From: the human T2T-CHM13v2.0 reference genome, Homo sapiens
DNA length: 64,000 nt
Strand: one strand, 5' to 3'
NCBI RefSeq assembly: GCF_009914755.1
Contig: NC_060926.1
The notes under the pieces are model-generated. The model was given only the letters and a program-made list of their open reading frames with translations, had not been told where the DNA came from and searched no databases. Below are positions 44,659-58,741 of the stretch, one piece after another. The stretch's first letter is position 1; each line of letters opens with the position of its first letter. A program made the translations under genes and the position numbers.

Positions 44659-46965
44659 TATATTAGTCTGTCCCTATGTTAATGCTGCTGATAAAGACAT
44701 ACCTGAGACTGGGCAATTTACAGAAGAAAGGGGTTTAATTGGACTCACACTTCCACATGGCTGGGGAGTCATCACAATGATGGCAGAAGGCAAGGAGGAG
44801 CAAGTCACTTCTTATGTAGATGGCGGCAGGCAAAGAGAGCTTGTGCAGGGAACCGCCTGTTTTTAAAACCATCAGATGTCATGAGACTGACTCATTCACT
44901 ATCATGAGAACAGTGCAGGAAAGACCTGCACCCATAATTCAATCACCTCCCACTGAGTTCCTCCCGTGACATGTGGGAATTGTGGGAGTTACAATTCAAG
45001 ATGAGATTTGGATGGGGACACATCCAAACCATATCATTCCACCCCTGGCCCCTCCCATGTCCTCACATTTTAAAACAAAACTTCCCAACAGTCCCCCAAA
45101 GTCTTAACTCATATCAGCATTAACTCAAAAGTACACAATCCAATGTCTCACCTGAGACAAGGCAAGTCCCTTCTGCCTATAAGCCTGTAAAATCAAAAGC
45201 AAGTTAAATACTTCCTAGATATAATGGGGGTACAGGCATTGGGTAAATACAGCTATTCCAAGTGAGAGAAATTGTCCAAAACAAAGGGGCTACAGGCAAC
45301 AAGAAAGTCCAAAATCCAGCAGGGCAGTAAAATCTTAAAGATCCAAAATGATCTCCTTTGATTCCATGTCTCATATCCAGATTATGCTGATGTAAGAAGT
45401 GGGTTCCCATGGTCTTGGGCAGCTCTGTCTCTGTAGCTTTGCAGGGTACAGCCTCCTTCCTGGCTGCTTTCATGGGCTGGCACTGAGTGTCTGCAGCTTT
45501 TCCAGGTGCACAGTGCAAGCTGTCAGTGGATCTACCATTCTAGGGTCTGTAGGATGGTGGGCCTCTTCTCACAGCTCCGCTAGGCAGTGCCCCAGTAGGG
45601 ACTCTGTGTGAGGGCTCCAACTTCACATTTCCCTTCCACACTGTCCTACAAGAAGTTCTCCATGAGAGCCCTGCCCTGCAGCAAACTTCTGCTTGGACAT
45701 TCAGGTGTTTCCATACCTCTTCTGAAATCTAGGCAGAAGTTCCCAAACCTCAAGTCTTGACTTCTGTGCACTCACAGGCTCAATACAATGTGGAAGCTGA
45801 CAAACCTTGGGCTTGTACCCTCTGAAGCCATGGCCCGAGCTGTACCTTGGCCCCTTTTAGTCACACCTAGAGGGGCTGGGACACAGGGAACCAAGTCCTT
45901 AGCCTGCATGCAGCACGGGGATCCTTGGCCTGGCCCAATAAACCATGTTTTCCTCTTAGGCCTCTAGGCCTGTGATGGGAGTGGCTGCCGTGAAGACCTC
46001 TGACATGCCCTGGAGATCCCCATTATCTTGGGGAATAACATTGGGCTCCTCATTACTTATGCAAATTTCTGCAGCCAGCTTGAAATTCTCCTCAGAAAAT
46101 GGGATTTTCTTTTCTATCATATTGCCGAGCTGCAAATTTTGTAAACTTTTATGCTCTGCTTCCCTTATAAAGCTGAACACCTTTAACAGCACCCAAGTCA
46201 TGTCTTGAATGCTTTGCTGCTTAGAAATTTCTTCTGCCAGATATCCCAAATAATCTCTTTCAAGTTCAAAGTTCCCCAAATCTCTAGGGCAGGGGCAAAA
46301 TGCAACCAGTCCGTTGGCTAAATCATAACAAAAGTCAGCTTTGCTCCAGTTCCAAACAAGTTTCTCATCTCCATCTGAGACCACCTCAGCCTGGACCTTA
46401 TTGTTTATATCACTATTAGCATTTTTGTTCAAAGCCATTCAACAAGTCTTTAGGAAGTCCCAAACTTTTCCACATTTTCCTTTCTTCTTCTGAGCCCCTC
46501 AAACTGTTGCAACCTCTGCCTGTTACCCAGTTCCAAACTCGCTTCCCCATTTTTGGGTATCTTTTCAGCAGCACCCCACTATACTGGTACCAGTTTACTG
46601 TATTAATCCGTTTTCATGCTGCTGATAAAGACATACCTGAGACTGGGCAATTTACAAAAGAAAGAGGTTTAATTGGACTCACAGTTCCACGTAGCTGGGG
46701 AGGCCTCACAATCATGGCAGAAGGACAGGAGGAGCAAGTCACTTTTTACTTAGATGGGTGCAGGCAAAGAGAGCTTGTGCAGAAGACCTCACATTTTTAA
46801 AAGCATCAGATCTTGTGAGACTCACTCACTATCACAGAACAGCACAGAAAAGACCTGCCCTCATAATTCAATCACCTCCTACCGAGTTCTTCCCAGGACA
46901 CATGGGAATTGTGGGAGTTACAATTCAAGATGAGATTTGGGTGGGGTCACGGCCCAACCATATCA
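44659..46965 (-). mobile_element. Complete THE1A (ERVL-MaLR): LTR 44659-45036, internal 45037-46598, LTR 46599-46965
   Basis: Two similar LTRs (gctgctgataaagacatacctgagactgggcaatttac...ccatatca) flank ~1.56 kb of THE1-int. Degenerate 5-bp TSD gtccc/atctc. Confidence 0.93.
45956..46438 (-). pseudogene. MaLR internal (gag-derived) ORF remnant
   Basis: 160-aa frame with VSDGDEKLVWNWSK...AFCPCPRDLGNFELERDYLGYLAEEISKQQSIQ, typical of THE1-int. Confidence 0.75.
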
Positions 46966-48149
46966 ATCTCCATTTATAAAAGCTTTAGAAAAGACAATCT
47001 TCCTTGTTGTATTAGTTAGCTGGAGGGTGAAGCTTTCCCAGTTCTTTACTTGAACAGGGCAACTCTTCCAAAGTCCCATTAGAAGGAGTCCATTATGGTT
47101 CTCTGCACAGATTGTTTCATGTATCTTACATTCTTCAACTAAGTATAGGAAATGATAATAATAACAACAATAAGAATAATATGTTAATGGAGTTAAGTTA
47201 ACAAATATTACACAGGTTAATTTATTTTAATTGGAATAGCACTTGGTAAACTAAAGAGTGCTATATTTATATGTGTTATTTTGTTAAGCCTCATAAAACA
47301 AACTAAGTAAATCTTAATGATATTCTTTCTGCTCCATTAAAATACTTAGACATCCAAATCTTATTACATTATTGGTTTCCAATTACTAATGCTGATTGTA
47401 TTATCAAAGTAGTATTAGAAAAAAATTCAAAGAAATAGTATATTTTTGTAAGGTAGTGTATACAAAAAAATCTTCTGTAATAGGTAACTTATCTTAATAT
47501 GATAATCAAAAATGTGAGTAATATTTTTTATATTTTCATGGATTTCTTTTAATATTCTTGATTCTGACTTTTTCACTTTGGTCAATGTTTATTAATTTAG
47601 TGGCTTCTATTTAGATGTGTCTCTTAATCTGCTTCGTATAAGGCACCATTTTTCAATGAAACATTAAGATTAGTTCACACCGAGAATTTAGAGGAAGGCT
47701 TGTATGCATAGACATCACAAAATGTAGTGCTAGAAATCTAAATTTAGATGGCCATTCACTATCTACTGGCTGTGATTTTAAGATAAATTACTGATACTCC
47801 TTTGTTTATCTTGTTCATATGAAAGTGACATAGGGAAGCTCTAATTACTGCTGAGAACCAAAAAAGTACAAATAAACATGTTATTAAATATTGGACAATG
47901 AATAACACGTTCATCGTCCAATAACACCCTGAGTATAAAAAATGTATTAATAATTCAAATCATTCAAAAGTTTGACTTATAGAATCACTAATTTTCTTAA
48001 CTTTTATTCTCAATGTCAAAATATAACAAAAAATAGATTTCTGTTTTGGAACAAAATACATAAAAGATTGGGTTTAAGAAATTCAACTTTAAGAAAAATT
48101 CAATAGCATAACATCTATAGAATGGGAGTAGATAATGTACACTACTAAA

Positions 48150-49500
48150 TTTGAATGGCTTTGAAGTCAGGTTTACTAAGGCATAATAAACACACAGCAA
48201 TATCCACCATTTTGTGGACAGATATATGAGTTACGAGAAACATATATACTTGCTTAACTACAATATTGATTTAAATAAGAGCACTTTTTTTTTTTTTTTT
48301 GAGACAGAGCCTCTCTCTGTCGCCCAGGCTGGAGTGCAGTGGCGCAATCGCGCTCACTGCAACCTCCGCCTCCCGGGTTCAAGCGATTCTCTTGCCTCAG
48401 CCTCCCGAGTAGCTGGGATTACAGACGAGTGCTACACGCCCGGATAATTTTTTGTATTTTTAGTAGAGATGGGGTTTCACTGTGTTAGCCAAGATGGTCT
48501 CGATCTCCTGACCTCGTCATCCGCCCCCCTTGGCCTCCCAAAGTGCTGGGATTACAGATGTGAGCCACCATGCCAGGCCAATAAAGAGCACTTCTATCCC
48601 CCACCCCACCATTAACTTCCTTTTATCCTTTTGTAGTCAATTCCTTTCATCATCCCAGCCCCCTGACAGCCACGAATCTTCCTTCTGTCTCCGTAGTTTC
48701 CGCTTTTCCAGAATGTTACATAAATGGAATAATATATAGTATTCAGTATAAGGTATGAATATGGCTTCATTCATTTAGCATAATGTGTTTGTGAATTATT
48801 CCTGTTGTTTTGTGTGTAAGTATGCTAGTTGCTATTTTCTTTACTGCTGGATATTCTGTTCTTTGGATGTACCACAAGTTATTTATACTTTCATTAGTAG
48901 AGGTGTATTTGGGCTGTTTCCAGATTGAGGAGATCGTGAATGAAGCTGCTAAAAAACCGGATGTGTGTATGATTTTTATGAATGTCAGTTTTCATTGCTT
49001 TATGGCAAAAACCTAGTAATGAAGTTGCTCAATAATATGGTAAGTGTTTGTTTAACTTTAACAGAAACTGCCAATTCGAAGTAACTATAGGATATTGCAT
49101 TCCCAGACAGTAATTTATAAACATTTCATTTTGCATCATGGATACACTAGCACTTAGTAATTTCAATGTTTTTGGTTTTGTTTTGATTTTTACTTAGCTA
49201 TTCTAATTTTATTATATTCAATAATCACTAATAGTATAATAATGATTCATTGTGGTTTTCATTTATACTTTTCTAATGAATAATGATGTTCAACATCTTT
49301 TCATGTGTTTATTTGGTATCTGTATATTCTCTTTGATGAAGTCTGTTCAGATCTTTTACAAATTTATATTGGGTTGTTTGTTTACTTAAAACCTGATTTT
49401 AAGTCTTTCACCAAATATGTGTTTTACCTATGGTTTATTCCAGCTTGTAGCTTGTATGTTAATTTTATTAATAATGTCTTTTGAAGAGTGGAAGATTTTT
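48150..49500 (-). mobile_element. Ancient L1M(C/E) 3' region; resumes at ~55770-56120
   Basis: cttttccagaatgttacataaatggaataatatatagt; gggctgtttccag; tgtggttttcatttatacttttctaatg. Confidence 0.65.
48287..48579 (-). mobile_element. AluS (Sc-like)
   Basis: Alu dimer; TSD aataagagcactt (48274-48286) / aataaagagcactt (48580-48593). Confidence 0.93.
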
Positions 49501-49761
49501 TTATTGTGGTAAAAACACAACATGAAAATTATCCTGTTGACACATTTTTAAGTGCTCAATACAAAATTGTTAACTGTAGGCACAGTGTTGCCAGCAGATC
49601 TCTATAATCATTATAAATTTCATAACTGAATACATATACTTATTGATCAGCACCTTCCCCATTTCTGCCTCCATTTATCCCCTGGCAGCCTTCCTTCTAC
49701 TGTTTCTGTGAGTTTGACTGTTTTCAATATGTCGTATATAAGTCATGCAGTATCTGTATTT

Positions 49762-50186
<425 letters not shown>

Positions 50187-50971
50187 TCACATTTTCTTTA
50201 TCTATTATATGTCAATGGACATTTATATTGTTTCTATATCTCGGCTATTGTGAATAATGCTGCCGTGAATAAAAGAATGGAGTTATTTCTTCCAGATCTT
50301 GATTTCAGTTTTTTTTGGATGTATTTCCAGAGGTGAGATTGCTGGGTCATATGATAATTCTATTTTTATTTTTTGAGGAACCTCCATACTGTTTTTTCAT
50401 AGCAGCTCAACCATTTTGCTTTCTCACCAATAGTACATAAATATTCCAATTTTTTCACATTTTCCACCAACACTATTTTTAAACATATAACAGCCATTGA
50501 ACAGGAGAGAGGTGATACTATAATGCAGTTTTGATCTGTATTTCCCTTTTGAATAGTGATGTTGAGCATCTTTTTATATTCTATTGGCCAAATGTATGTC
50601 TTGTTTGGTGACATGTCTATTCAAGTCCCTTACTCATTATTAATCAGGTTATTTGTTTTTTTTTTTAATTTACTATTGAGTAGTAGGAATTTCTTACATG
50701 TTTTGGAAACTAACCTCTTCTCTGATACGTGGTTTGCAAATATTTTCTTCTATTCTGTACATTGCCTTTTCACTCTGTTATCTCGTTTTCTGCACAGGAG
50801 CAATTTTAGTTTGACGTAATTCAACTTCTCTATATTTTTTGCTATTTTTCTTGTGTTTTTTAATTTATGTTTTGCATAGTTCATTGTTAGTGTATAAAAA
50901 CTCAACTAGCTTTTGTATGTTCCTTTTGTATCTGAAACTTTACTGATTGTTGCGTTAGTCCTAATGTTTTG

Positions 50972-51004
50972 CGTGCATGTATGTGTGTGTGTGTGTGTGT
51001 GTGT
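50972..51004. repeat. (TG)n microsatellite
   Basis: Seen directly, inside the L1MA element. Confidence 0.9.
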
Positions 51005-51591
51005 AGTCTTTAGGGTTTTCTCCACTAAGATTTTACCATCTGAAAACAGACATAATTTTACTTAGTGTTTTTTTCTGATTTTAATGTCTTTTATTTCTTT
51101 TCCTTGCTTACGTCTTTTGGCGAAGATTTCAGAAGTGGCAAGAATGGGCATCTTTGCCTTATTCTGAATCTTAGAGGAAAAGCTTCCAGGTTTTTACCAT
51201 TAAATATGTTAGCAGGAAGCTTTTCATATATGACCTTACTTCGGTTTAAGATCTTATTATATCTAGTTTGTTAAGACCTTTTGTCATTAAGATCTGCTGA
51301 ATTTTTTCAAATGCTTTTTCTGTATCTATTAAGATGATCATGTGACTTTTATCCAAGACTAAATTATAAAGAAATACAAAAATCTGAACAAATAATAATA
51401 AGTAAGGAGACTGAGTAATCACAAACATCCCAACAAAGAAAAGCCTAGGAATAGAAGGCTTCAGTAGTAAATTTTATAACACATTTAGAGAATTAACACA
51501 AATTATTGTCAAACTTTTCCTCATTTGATGAGGCCAGCATTTATCTTGATACCAAAGTCTGGCAATCAAACTACAGGGAAAAGAAAATTAC

Positions 51592-54500
51592 ATTTTTCTG
51601 TTTTCCATTTCCTTGGCAGATTTTCCTCCATCCATTTATTTTGAACCTACGTGTGCCATTGCATGTGAGATGGGTCTCTTGAAGACAGCATACAAATGGG
51701 TCTTGGTTTTTTTTAATCAAGTTTGCCACTCTGTGCCCTCTAATTGGGTCATTTAGCCCATTTACATTCAAGGTTAGTATTGATATATGTGGATTTGACC
51801 CTGTTACCAATATGTTAGCAGATTATTTTGCAGACTTGTTGATGGTTGATGTATAGTGTCACTAGTCTGTGTAGTTCAGTGTGTTTTCATAGTGGCTGGC
51901 AATAGACTTTCCTTTCCATATTTAGTACTCTCTTCAGAAGCTCTTGTAAGGGAGATCCGGTGGTAATGAATACCCTCAGCATTTGCTTGTCTGAAAAGGA
52001 TCTTATTTATCCTTCTCTTATGAAGTGTAGTTTGGCCAATATGAAATTCTAGGTTGGAATTTGTTTTCTTTAAGAATGTTGAATATTGGTCCCCAATCTC
52101 TTCTGGCTTATGGAGTTTCTGCTGACAGGCCTGCTGTTAGTCTGATGGGATTACTTTTGTAGGTGATCTGACTTTTCTTTCTAGTTGACTTAAACATTTT
52201 TTTTTCATTTTGATCTTAGAGAATCTGATGATTAAGTGTCTTGGGGATGCTCTTCTTGTGAAGTATCTTTCCGGGGTTCGCTGCACTTCCTGAATTTAAA
52301 TGTTCACCTCTCAAGCTAGGTTGAGGAAGTTCAAACGGATGATATCTTTAAATATGTTTTCCAAGTTGGTTCCATTTTCCCCATCTTTTTCAGGGACACC
52401 AATGAATCACCAATTTGGTTTCTTTACATAATATCATATTTTTCAGAAGTTTTGTTGGTTCTTTTTTACTCTTTTTTTCTCTATTTTTGTCTGTCTTATT
52501 TTAGAAAGCCAGTCTTCAAGCTCGAGATTCTTTTCTTTGTTTAGTCTATTCTGCTATTAATACTTGTTATTGCACTATTGCATTCTTGTAGTATGTTTTT
52601 CAGCTTGATCAAGTAGGTTACATTCTTTTCTACACTGGGTATTTTGTCTTTCAGCTCCTGCACTGTTTTATCATGATATTTAGCTTCCTTGGATTGGGTT
52701 TCAGCATACTCCTGTAGCTCAATGATCTTCATGCCTATCCATATTCTGAATTATATTTCTGTCATTTCAGCCATCTCAGCTCAGTTCAGAACTCTTGTTG
52801 GAGAGGTTATGCAGTCTTTGGAGGAAAGAACGCACTCTGGCTCTTTGAGTTGTCACAGTTCTTTCTCATATTTGTGGGCTTATCTTTCTTCAGTCTTTGA
52901 AATTGCTAATTTTCGATTTTTTAAAAATCCTACTTGATGACTGTGAGGTCATCAAAAGGTGGATTCAGCCTTGTGGCTTGCTTTCTGGAATATTTTAGGA
53001 GGCTAACACTCAGCTCCCAACTCCTGGACTGTGGGTTCTAACTCTGTGGGACTTGTCTTGAGACCCAACTTTGTTCTCTGTCCCCTTAAGGTTAGGAATC
53101 CACCATGCTGGGGGGAGGGAGGTGCTCCTAGAGTGTTGTCACTACATTCCAAAGGATAGCGTCAGCCAAAACATTTCATTGTGTAGTGACAGCAGGATTG
53201 ATCCTTGTGTGCATGTGCCACCAGCAAGTGTAGTGGTAGCTGTGGCAGAGTGCTAGCAGGTGCTGGGGTGCTTGCCTCCCTGTGGGCATTCACCACAGAG
53301 ATGGAGGTAATGCAGCTGGGTGGAGGGCCCCTGCTACTGACTGTGTGTGCAGTGATGTTGGAGGTGGTGTTGGCTCAGGGATGGGCACTGGCGGGCACAT
53401 ATCTGGGTGCAATCTCTGTGCCCTGGAAGCAGAAATAGTCACTCAGGGCAGGGGAGGATCTGCTGTTCTTTGTGCAGTGTTAATGCAAGGGTGGGGGCAC
53501 TGGCAGGGGTGGGGATGGCTGGCTCTTTGCCTGCCAGGGCTCCATCAGCAATGGTAGTTGGCAGGGCAAGAGGGGAGGAGGGGGTTTGGCAGGGTTGGAG
53601 GGAGACTGCACTCCTGTGTGTTCGTGGGGCAGGGAAAGCAAAGCTCACTTGCAAAAACAAGTGCCAGAAAACTGATATAGGGAGTTGCTCTGGGCCCAAA
53701 AGAAGCTGCAGTAGGAGGAGGGAAGATGTGGCCTGGTGCATGGTACTAGGGGCTGCCTTGCTGGAGCTCTCCACTGATCAGCCATGGTCCACCAGCACAG
53801 AAGCTATTGTGTGAGCACCCAGGGTACCCAAGGATCCCCTGTAAGCAGGTGTGGTTAGGTTGGACCCCCCAAAAGGGTAGAAGATCAAGGGGTGCTTTGG
53901 TAAGACTGACCCCGTTGAATGGGCAAAACTGCTTTGCAAATTTCAAGACTGATACCTCCCCTAGAGCTAAAGTCTACTCTGGGAGCAAGTCCAGCCTAGG
54001 GACGGGGCATCCCTGGCCATGCTCTGCTAAAGACACTACACCAAATCCTCTGGGCTCCATATCAGCTGGGTTTCTGCCCGCAATTCTTATCTAAGCAGCT
54101 CTCCCTCCCAACTTGAGTGTCTGTGGTAATCAAGGGGTCTCCTCCTGCCAGGGTTCCAGAGGCCCATGGTGAGAGCAGGTTTCTCCTTGCCAGTTCAACT
54201 CATCAGTCCCCCCAGAGCTTTTGGGGGTCAAGAACGAGTCCAAGTGTACTGTAGTTCCATATAGGATTATCAGCTTTCTCCCCCTTCAACCCAGCTTCTG
54301 TGCCTTTTTTCCATAGACTCTCAGTGCTTTACCCTCTGAAGATCTGTTAGGAGCATGCTAGTCATCTCATTCCCATAGTGGGAGTTGTTCCACCTGGCTT
54401 GTGTCTAGTCAGCAATGTTTCCTTCCATCATCTGTAAAAAACTTAAGCAAATTTACAAGAAATAAACAACCCCATTAAAAAGTGGGTAAAGAACATGAAG

Positions 54501-55327
54501 AGACACTTTTCAAAAGAAGACATATATGTGGCCAAAAATCATATGATAAAAAGCTCACTGATCATTAGAGAAATGCAAATCAAAACCACAATGAAATACC
54601 ATCTCACATGCATCAGGATGGCTCTTACTAAAAAGTCAAAAACTAACAGACTCTGGCAAGGTTGTGGAGATAAAGAAATGCTTATACACTGTTGGCAGGA
54701 GCGCAAATTAGTTCAACCATTGTGGAAGACAGTGTGACGGTTCCTTAAAGACCTAAAACAGAAACACCATTTGACCCAGCAATTACATTACTGGATATAT
54801 AATCAAAGTAATATAAATCATTCTTTTCTAATGACACGTGCACACATGTATTCATTGCAGCACTATTCATAATAGTAAAGACATAGAATCAACCTAAATT
54901 TCAATCAATGGTAGACTGGATAGAGAAAATGTGGTACATATACACCACAGAATACTATGCAGCAATAAAAAAGAATGAGATCATGTCCTCTTCAGGGACA
55001 TGGATGGAGCTGGAAGCCATTATCCTTAACAAACTAATGCAGGAACAGAAAAACAAATACTGCATGTTCTTACCTATAAGTGGGAGCTAAATGATGAGAA
55101 CACATGGACACACAGAGGGAAACAATACATACTGGGGCCTGTTGGAGAGTGGAGAGTGGAGAGTGGGAGGAGTGAGATGATCAAGAAAAACTAGTAATGT
55201 GTACTAGGCTTAATACCTGGGTGATCAGATAATCTGTACAGCAAACCCCCATGACACAAGTTTACCTATACAACAAACCTGCACATGTACCCCTGAACTT
55301 AAAATAAAAGTTAAGAAAAAAACAACA
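51592..55327. mobile_element. L1PA12-15-type element: inverted complete 5' half (minus 51592-54427) fused to sense 3' end (plus 54428-55327)
   Basis: Minus: 5' end ..ctgactagacacaagccaggtggaacaactccc, ORF1 ATG ~52869, ORF2 start ~51810 (VTGSNPHISILTLNVNGLN). Plus: ORF2 C-terminus (MKRHFSKEDIY...) and 3'UTR ...cccctgaacttaaaataaaagttaa plus tail. Confidence 0.85.
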
Positions 55328-55500
55328 ACTATGGGTCTATATCTTTGATAAATATAGAAGAAAAAATTCTCAACAAAATACTCGCAAACTGAATTCAACA
55401 GCACATTAAAAGGATCATATGCTGTGTCCAAATGGGATTTTATTAGTGGGATGCAATCATGACCAGTATGTATTGTTTCCCTCCATGTCCCTGAAGCTTA

Positions 55501-55768
55501 TTTCTCTTTTCCTTTTGAGACGGGGTTTCACTCTGTTATCCAGGCTAGAGTTCAGTGGCAAGATCTCCACTCACTGCAACCTCCAACTCTAGGGTTCACA
55601 CGATCCTCCCATCTCATCCTCCCAAGTAGCTGGGACTACAGACACCACACCACCACACCCGGCTAAATTTTGTATTTTTAGTAGAGACGGGGTTTCATCA
55701 TGTTGCCCAGGCTGGTCTCAAACTCCCGAGCTCAAGCAATCAACCTGTCTTGGCCTTCCAAAGTGCTG
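55501..55768 (-). mobile_element. AluJ (Jb-like), 5'-truncated
   Basis: cgatcctcccatctca, tgttgcccaggctggtctcaaactcccgagctcaagcaatc; ends at aaagtgctg. Confidence 0.85.
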
Positions 55769-58379
55769 TAATTTTTTTATGTGATGCAATCTATGGGTTG
55801 AAATTTACTTATGGATGTTCATATTTTCCAGCACAAATTGGTTAAAAGACTCTTTCCACTCTCTCCACTGCATTTATTTTGTACCTTCATTGAAAATCAA
55901 TTAATTGTGTATGTGGGCCTATTTTGCAACTTTCCATTCTGCTTCATTGATCTGAGTGTCTGTTATTTTGCCAGGTACATTTGTGATGTATATGGCTGGT
56001 AGTTTATATTTCTTGTAATGTCATTGATTGATTTTAGTGTCAAGGTAATACTTGCCTTGTAATATGATTTTGAAATTGTTCTTTCTACTTTCATTTATTG
56101 TAAGCTTATAAATTTTTTGAAGGGGTACTAATGAAATGAGTGAGGGAAGCTATTTCATTCTGTTAGAACATTAAAAGGGAAATACTTTTACTTTTAAATT
56201 AGGTATTTCTTCTGACATGTTTAATGTACGTAACTAGATTGATTTAGAAAGCAGCTAGAAATCCGGATATAATTATTTCCTAACTTTTTGCTTCTAAACT
56301 AATACTCTGCTTTGGAGAGTGTAAAAGAGTAAATGTAGCTGCTAGTGAAGAACCAGATTTGTTAAGTACCCCAGGCAAAGCCCTGAAATTCTTGTAAATT
56401 GGTGGTAGTGGTGGTGGGAGCCTCAGGAGAATATGGGTAAAGAGGAGATGAAGAGCCTTATGCAATTTTTCTCCTTAGCCTAACATTAATTTTTTTTGAA
56501 TAAAAAGATAGTGTGAGTACCAAAAGGGTCTTTTGAGATGAAATAATGGAAAAATTCATTTAAATTTGAATGGCTTGATCATACCCTCTAATATTCCTAC
56601 CAGCACAGTATTATTAATTTTAGGGCTTTAATATTTAAACAATTAAGACATATATTTCATAACCATTTGCAGAACTCTTCTAGGTATAGTTATTTTGCCA
56701 AAGAATATGATAATAATCATTTCATTATTTATGAGTTTCATATAAATCATCTAGCATACTACCTCCAATCTAATAAGTATTCAATATACACTAGGTTCCT
56801 TGTCTCTTTTAATAGATTTCAAGTAATTTTACATACTAGACTCCATTTCTTACAACTGTATTTATTGTAGAAAGGAATACATAAGTATTATAATTTACAG
56901 ATGATACAAAGTCTATATATAGAGCATACATATTCTAGCTAATATTAAGTGATCGATAACTGATATTATAAATATAAAATAATTTAACTTGCTAGTACAT
57001 TGTATTTTCTCAATTCCAAGTGACATCTGAAATATTAGGCAAAGTGAAAAATTAAGACATTGGGTGAAAAACTAGAAAACATTTATAATTACAGAAAATA
57101 ACATTTTTAAAAGAGTGATCTTCATAGTGGCATGTGTAAACCCCAGAGGGTAGAAAATACAGTCTATTGTGATATAATAATGAGTAGCTAGTATTTCTTG
57201 AGTTATTATTCTAGGCACTAGATATATATTTATCAATAAAATTCTCACAGCAACCCTAGAGTATAGATATTTTATTTCAGATGAAGAAATTGAAGCACAA
57301 GTAGTGAAGCTAAAAAATATTATGTCTATAAATATTTATTATTAATAAAAGAACAATGTTTAGTTTCAATGATACTCAATGTTTGTATTAATATGAGTGT
57401 GTAGCTTTTAAGTAAATAACATTTATAATTTATCAATTCACAAATTGTTTTTAAAATATGTGATCAAAAATTTTAGAGACTTCCAATGAATTATTTTGGA
57501 GCTGCTAGCTCCATTTAACCTGAAGGAAAGATATTTAAGCTGTCTTCCACACATCCAAAATTGCTATAACTATTCTAATCAAAAACTAAATGAGTTTAAG
57601 ATGTTCTCATGAATACTATTTTCACAAAGTTCAATTATAACTTAGAGGCCAAATTAATTAACAAACTGTAAAATGATGGAAACGGTTTTATCAACTTGGG
57701 GTCACAAAATAAGTCTTATTTTCAGGTTATATGTCTCTTTATTTTGCTGAAGTTATTGCTGAATAAAGATGTATCATTATGGCTTTCCAAAGGCGATAAA
57801 ATGTAATTCCACAATTGAAAATGAAGTTTGAAGAGAGGGAGACTGTTTTCTTTTCCCAAGAACTAAATGGTCTACTCTATTCACAGTAAGATCATTTTCT
57901 ACTCCTTGAGTTGTCAGTCTCAAGATGTGGCTATTTCTAAGGCTGACTATACTGTAGTGATTAGAATATTGCAATTATTTCCAAGTTTCTTCTATCTGAT
58001 CATAGTTCTCTATAAGAACTTTTCTCATCCCTGATTAGATTTTAAAAATAGATTTTTTTAAAAAAGAAAATAAAAACTTTGTCTTGGTATCTAACAATAG
58101 TATAATATTGCAGAAATGGCAGGAATACCAAAAGAGATTTTCTTTCAGTTGGTAAACCAATAGACGTAGAGAGTTGTATAAAATTTCAAAGGAAGTCACA
58201 CAGAGGATTGAGGAACAATTTATGCAGGAAGTGAATTTGAGTTAAAGGAAAATGGAAATTGGACAAGCAGAGAAAGGATATGGGGTTTCAAAAGTAATGC
58301 AATGAGGAATAACGTGAAGGTAGAAAATTGGAAGGTTTCTCTTGATAACAGCAATACAAACCAATTTAATTTATTTTCT

Positions 58380-58610
58380 TTAAAATGAGTTATTTAACAA
58401 ATATATATGCTACTTGTATATACCACTGTTCTTAACATTTTAGAAACATTAGCCTGCTTATAATTATCCCAGTCCTATGAAGCAGATGTTAATAGCTGTG
58501 TTTCGATGAATAAGTTAAACGTTTAACTAAGTTGTGCCAGGTCACAAAGCTAGGAACTGGCAGAGCTGACATTTGATTCCAGATAGTTTGGTTTCAAATT
58601 CTGTGCTCCT
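58380..58610 (-). mobile_element. MIR
   Basis: gtgccaggtcacaaagctaggaactggcagagctgacatttgattccagatagtttggtttcaaa. Confidence 0.6.
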
Positions 58611-58611
58611 G

Positions 58612-58741
58612 AATGTAATCCTATAATTTATTTTCCAAAATGGGACACTTTGGGGAGCAAAGCAATCTTTACTAATAGTTAAGGAGGCACTACGTATGTA
58701 AACTAGGACTGCTCTATACGCAAGGACACCTGGTCATTCTG
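58612..58741. mobile_element. MER94-like hAT-Blackjack MITE
   Basis: ctataatttattttccaaaatgggacacttt...gtaaactaggactg...ggacacctggtcattctg resembles the recalled MER94 consensus; ~130 bp. Confidence 0.65.
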
